From NCBI GenBank assembly GCA_963748625.1, contig CAVVJT010000010.1:320001-384000 (forward strand): a stretch of 64,000 nt of DNA, in the 5' to 3' direction. The stretch's first letter is position 1, and each line of letters starts with the position of its first letter. The notes beneath the pieces are model-generated. The model did not search any database, had not been told where the DNA came from, and saw only the letters and a list, made by a program, of their open reading frames with translations. Positions 62,600-64,000 of this stretch are shown piece after piece. Source of the DNA: an uncultured Chloroflexia bacterium (GTDB lineage Bacteria; Chloroflexota; Limnocylindria; Limnocylindrales; CSP1-4). Both the position numbers and the translations under genes were made by a program.

Positions 62600-62930
62600 G
62601 TGGGCGAGTCACGGTTGGCGCGCCAACGGTCCCGTCGCTGCCTGGCCAGCGCGATCACCCGCGGGGGTGTCCTCTGCGTGTGCTTCTCGTGAAGCACGAC
62701 GGCGAGGAGGACGCGGCCCTTCTTGCCCTCGGAGCTGAAGAGCAGGCGATAGCTGTTGTCGATTCCGTGCGCCTCGACCTCGAAGATGTCCTCGACGAGA
62801 TGGCGAGCCGCCTTCAGTCCGTCCTGCTGGACGATCCTCAGCTGGGCATGGAGGCTGACCGCATCCTCGTCCGAGAGATCGTCGATCTCCTTGTCGACGG
62901 TCGGGATGAAGCGCCAGCGATGAGAAACAT
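62596..62930 (-). CDS. HigB/DUF891-like RelE toxin, start missing or frameshifted
   Basis: ARHLVEDIFEV..YRLLF..EKHTQRTP..IALARQR; the nearby ATG at 62930 is out of frame. Confidence 0.75.
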
Positions 62931-63152
62931 CTCCCTGATGCGGCCGGGATGCCGCCGCCTCGACCCGACGCCTGTCGACCACGGTCCCTCTCCGGTGAGC
63001 TGGTTGGTCTCCCGCCAGCGACGAGAGGTGCAGCTGTGCCGATGCCACCGACCGAGTAGCTGGGCCGACACCTCGCCGTGGTCGCCACCATCCATCGGAT
63101 CAGCGTCGATCAGCACCTCGCAGGCGCTTGGGCAGAGGATGCGGATCCCCGC

Positions 63153-63180
63153 TCACCTGCCGCTTACGTCGCGGCGGCGC
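63153..63180. repeat. 28-bp direct repeat, copy 2
   Basis: Identical to 61268-61295. Confidence 0.9.
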
Positions 63181-63234
63181 GTCCCCTCCGCGGCGGCCCC
63201 CGGGTGGCACGGCGACGCGTGGGCGGCCTGGGCG

Positions 63235-63480
63235 TCAGCCCTGCATGGCGCGCGGCCGGGCCCCCTCGCCTTGCGCGCCGGGAGGGGCGAACCCAAGCCG
63301 CGGCCCGGTTCGCGGTGGCGGCGCGACCCACACGATGTCGTCCACCGTGAGCGTCTGCAGCTCCTCGTCCGTGAGGTTGTCGCCGGTGAGGCGCAACGCC
63401 TGGCGCCCGAGCATGTGCTGGTGCAGGTCACGGACCAGGCGTCCGTTGCCGAAGCCGTCGCCCCGATCCGCGCCGCGGCG
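63235..63480 (-). pseudogene. 3' fragment of a SpoVK/CbbX/EccA-type AAA ATPase
   Basis: GFGNGRLVRDL..QALRL..LTDEELQTLTVDDI lid motif without the ATPase core. Confidence 0.6.
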
Positions 63481-63653
63481 ACGCTGCGGTGCACCACCGT
63501 CCGGGCGCCGGTCCTGCGGGACCCGCACCGCTGCGTCCCTCTCCGAACGGGCGGGTCGGCACTGGCCCGACAGGTTGCGTGACGCCACCGTCACGCCATC
63601 ACGCAGGAAGCGCACCGGGACCACCCGGGTCGCGCCATCCTTGGGAGGGAGCG

Positions 63654-64000
63654 ATGATCCGTCGGCTGGCCGTTCTGCTGTTCGCGCTTGTGCTCGTAAC
63701 GCCGGGAGTGGCTCTCGCTGCACCGGAGGATGGCGATCAAGCAGCGGCGGCTGCGCTCCCCTCCGGCCTGGTTGGCTACTGGCCGCTGAGCGAAGGATCA
63801 GGGTCGGCGTTCGCTGACACGTCGGGGAACGCCAACCACGGCACCACCAACGCCGCGTGGACGTCCGGCATCAGTGGCTCGGCACTCGAACTCGGCGGAT
63901 CTGCCGTCGGGCGCGTGCCCGCGTCACCCGCGCTTGAGCCGCAGCAGCTCACGCTGTCCGCGTGGGTGAAGGCTTCCGGAACGCAGGGCAAGTGGGGTTC
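63654..64000 (+). CDS. Secreted LamG-like jelly-roll protein, 3'-partial
   Basis: GGAGG RBS, signal peptide MIRRLAVLLFALVLV, GLVGYWPLSEGSG..DTSGNANHGT..LTLSAWVK. Confidence 0.85.
   Translation, partial: MIRRLAVLLFALVLVTPGVALAAPEDGDQAAAAALPSGLVGYWPLSEGSGSAFADTSGNANHGTTNAAWTSGISGSALELGGSAVGRVPASPALEPQQLTLSAWVKASGTQGKWG

Noticed and set aside
57671-63200. Classical integron cassette array
   Set aside because: No intI and no RYYYAAC...GTTRRRY attC sites recognised between genes.

Overview
Very GC-rich bacterial chromosome segment. Gene content (GT87, F420-dependent enzymes, leaderless genes) suggests Chloroflexota or Actinomycetota; this is inference only. 1-47.8 kb is mostly housekeeping and transport: GMC oxidase, cysE-cysK, arcA, aspC, four ABC systems, UvrD2, a YhaO/YhaN pair and an ECF sigma/anti-sigma pair. 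Many single-base frameshifts fall between 7.5 and 20.5 kb and are probably long-read errors. 47.9-64 kb is an accessory region with many type II toxin-antitoxin modules (several with the toxin truncated or internally deleted), gene fragments and a duplicated secreted protein with variable segments. The most unusual signal is non-coding: intergenic elements that conserve spacing rather than sequence. (i) A 160-bp symmetric element has four NTGC-N7-GCAN boxes spaced 41/63/41 bp; two copies flank an XRE-HTH/PD-(D/E)xK-like gene and a third is solitary. (ii) A 111-bp element has two CCC-N-GGG boxes exactly 95 bp apart; there are six copies, two of which flank a PIN toxin-antitoxin cassette. Local tandem duplications often end in or next to the terminal boxes. 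A cysteine-rich leader peptide precedes cysE-cysK. No rRNA, tRNA, CRISPR array, integrase or transposase was recognised.
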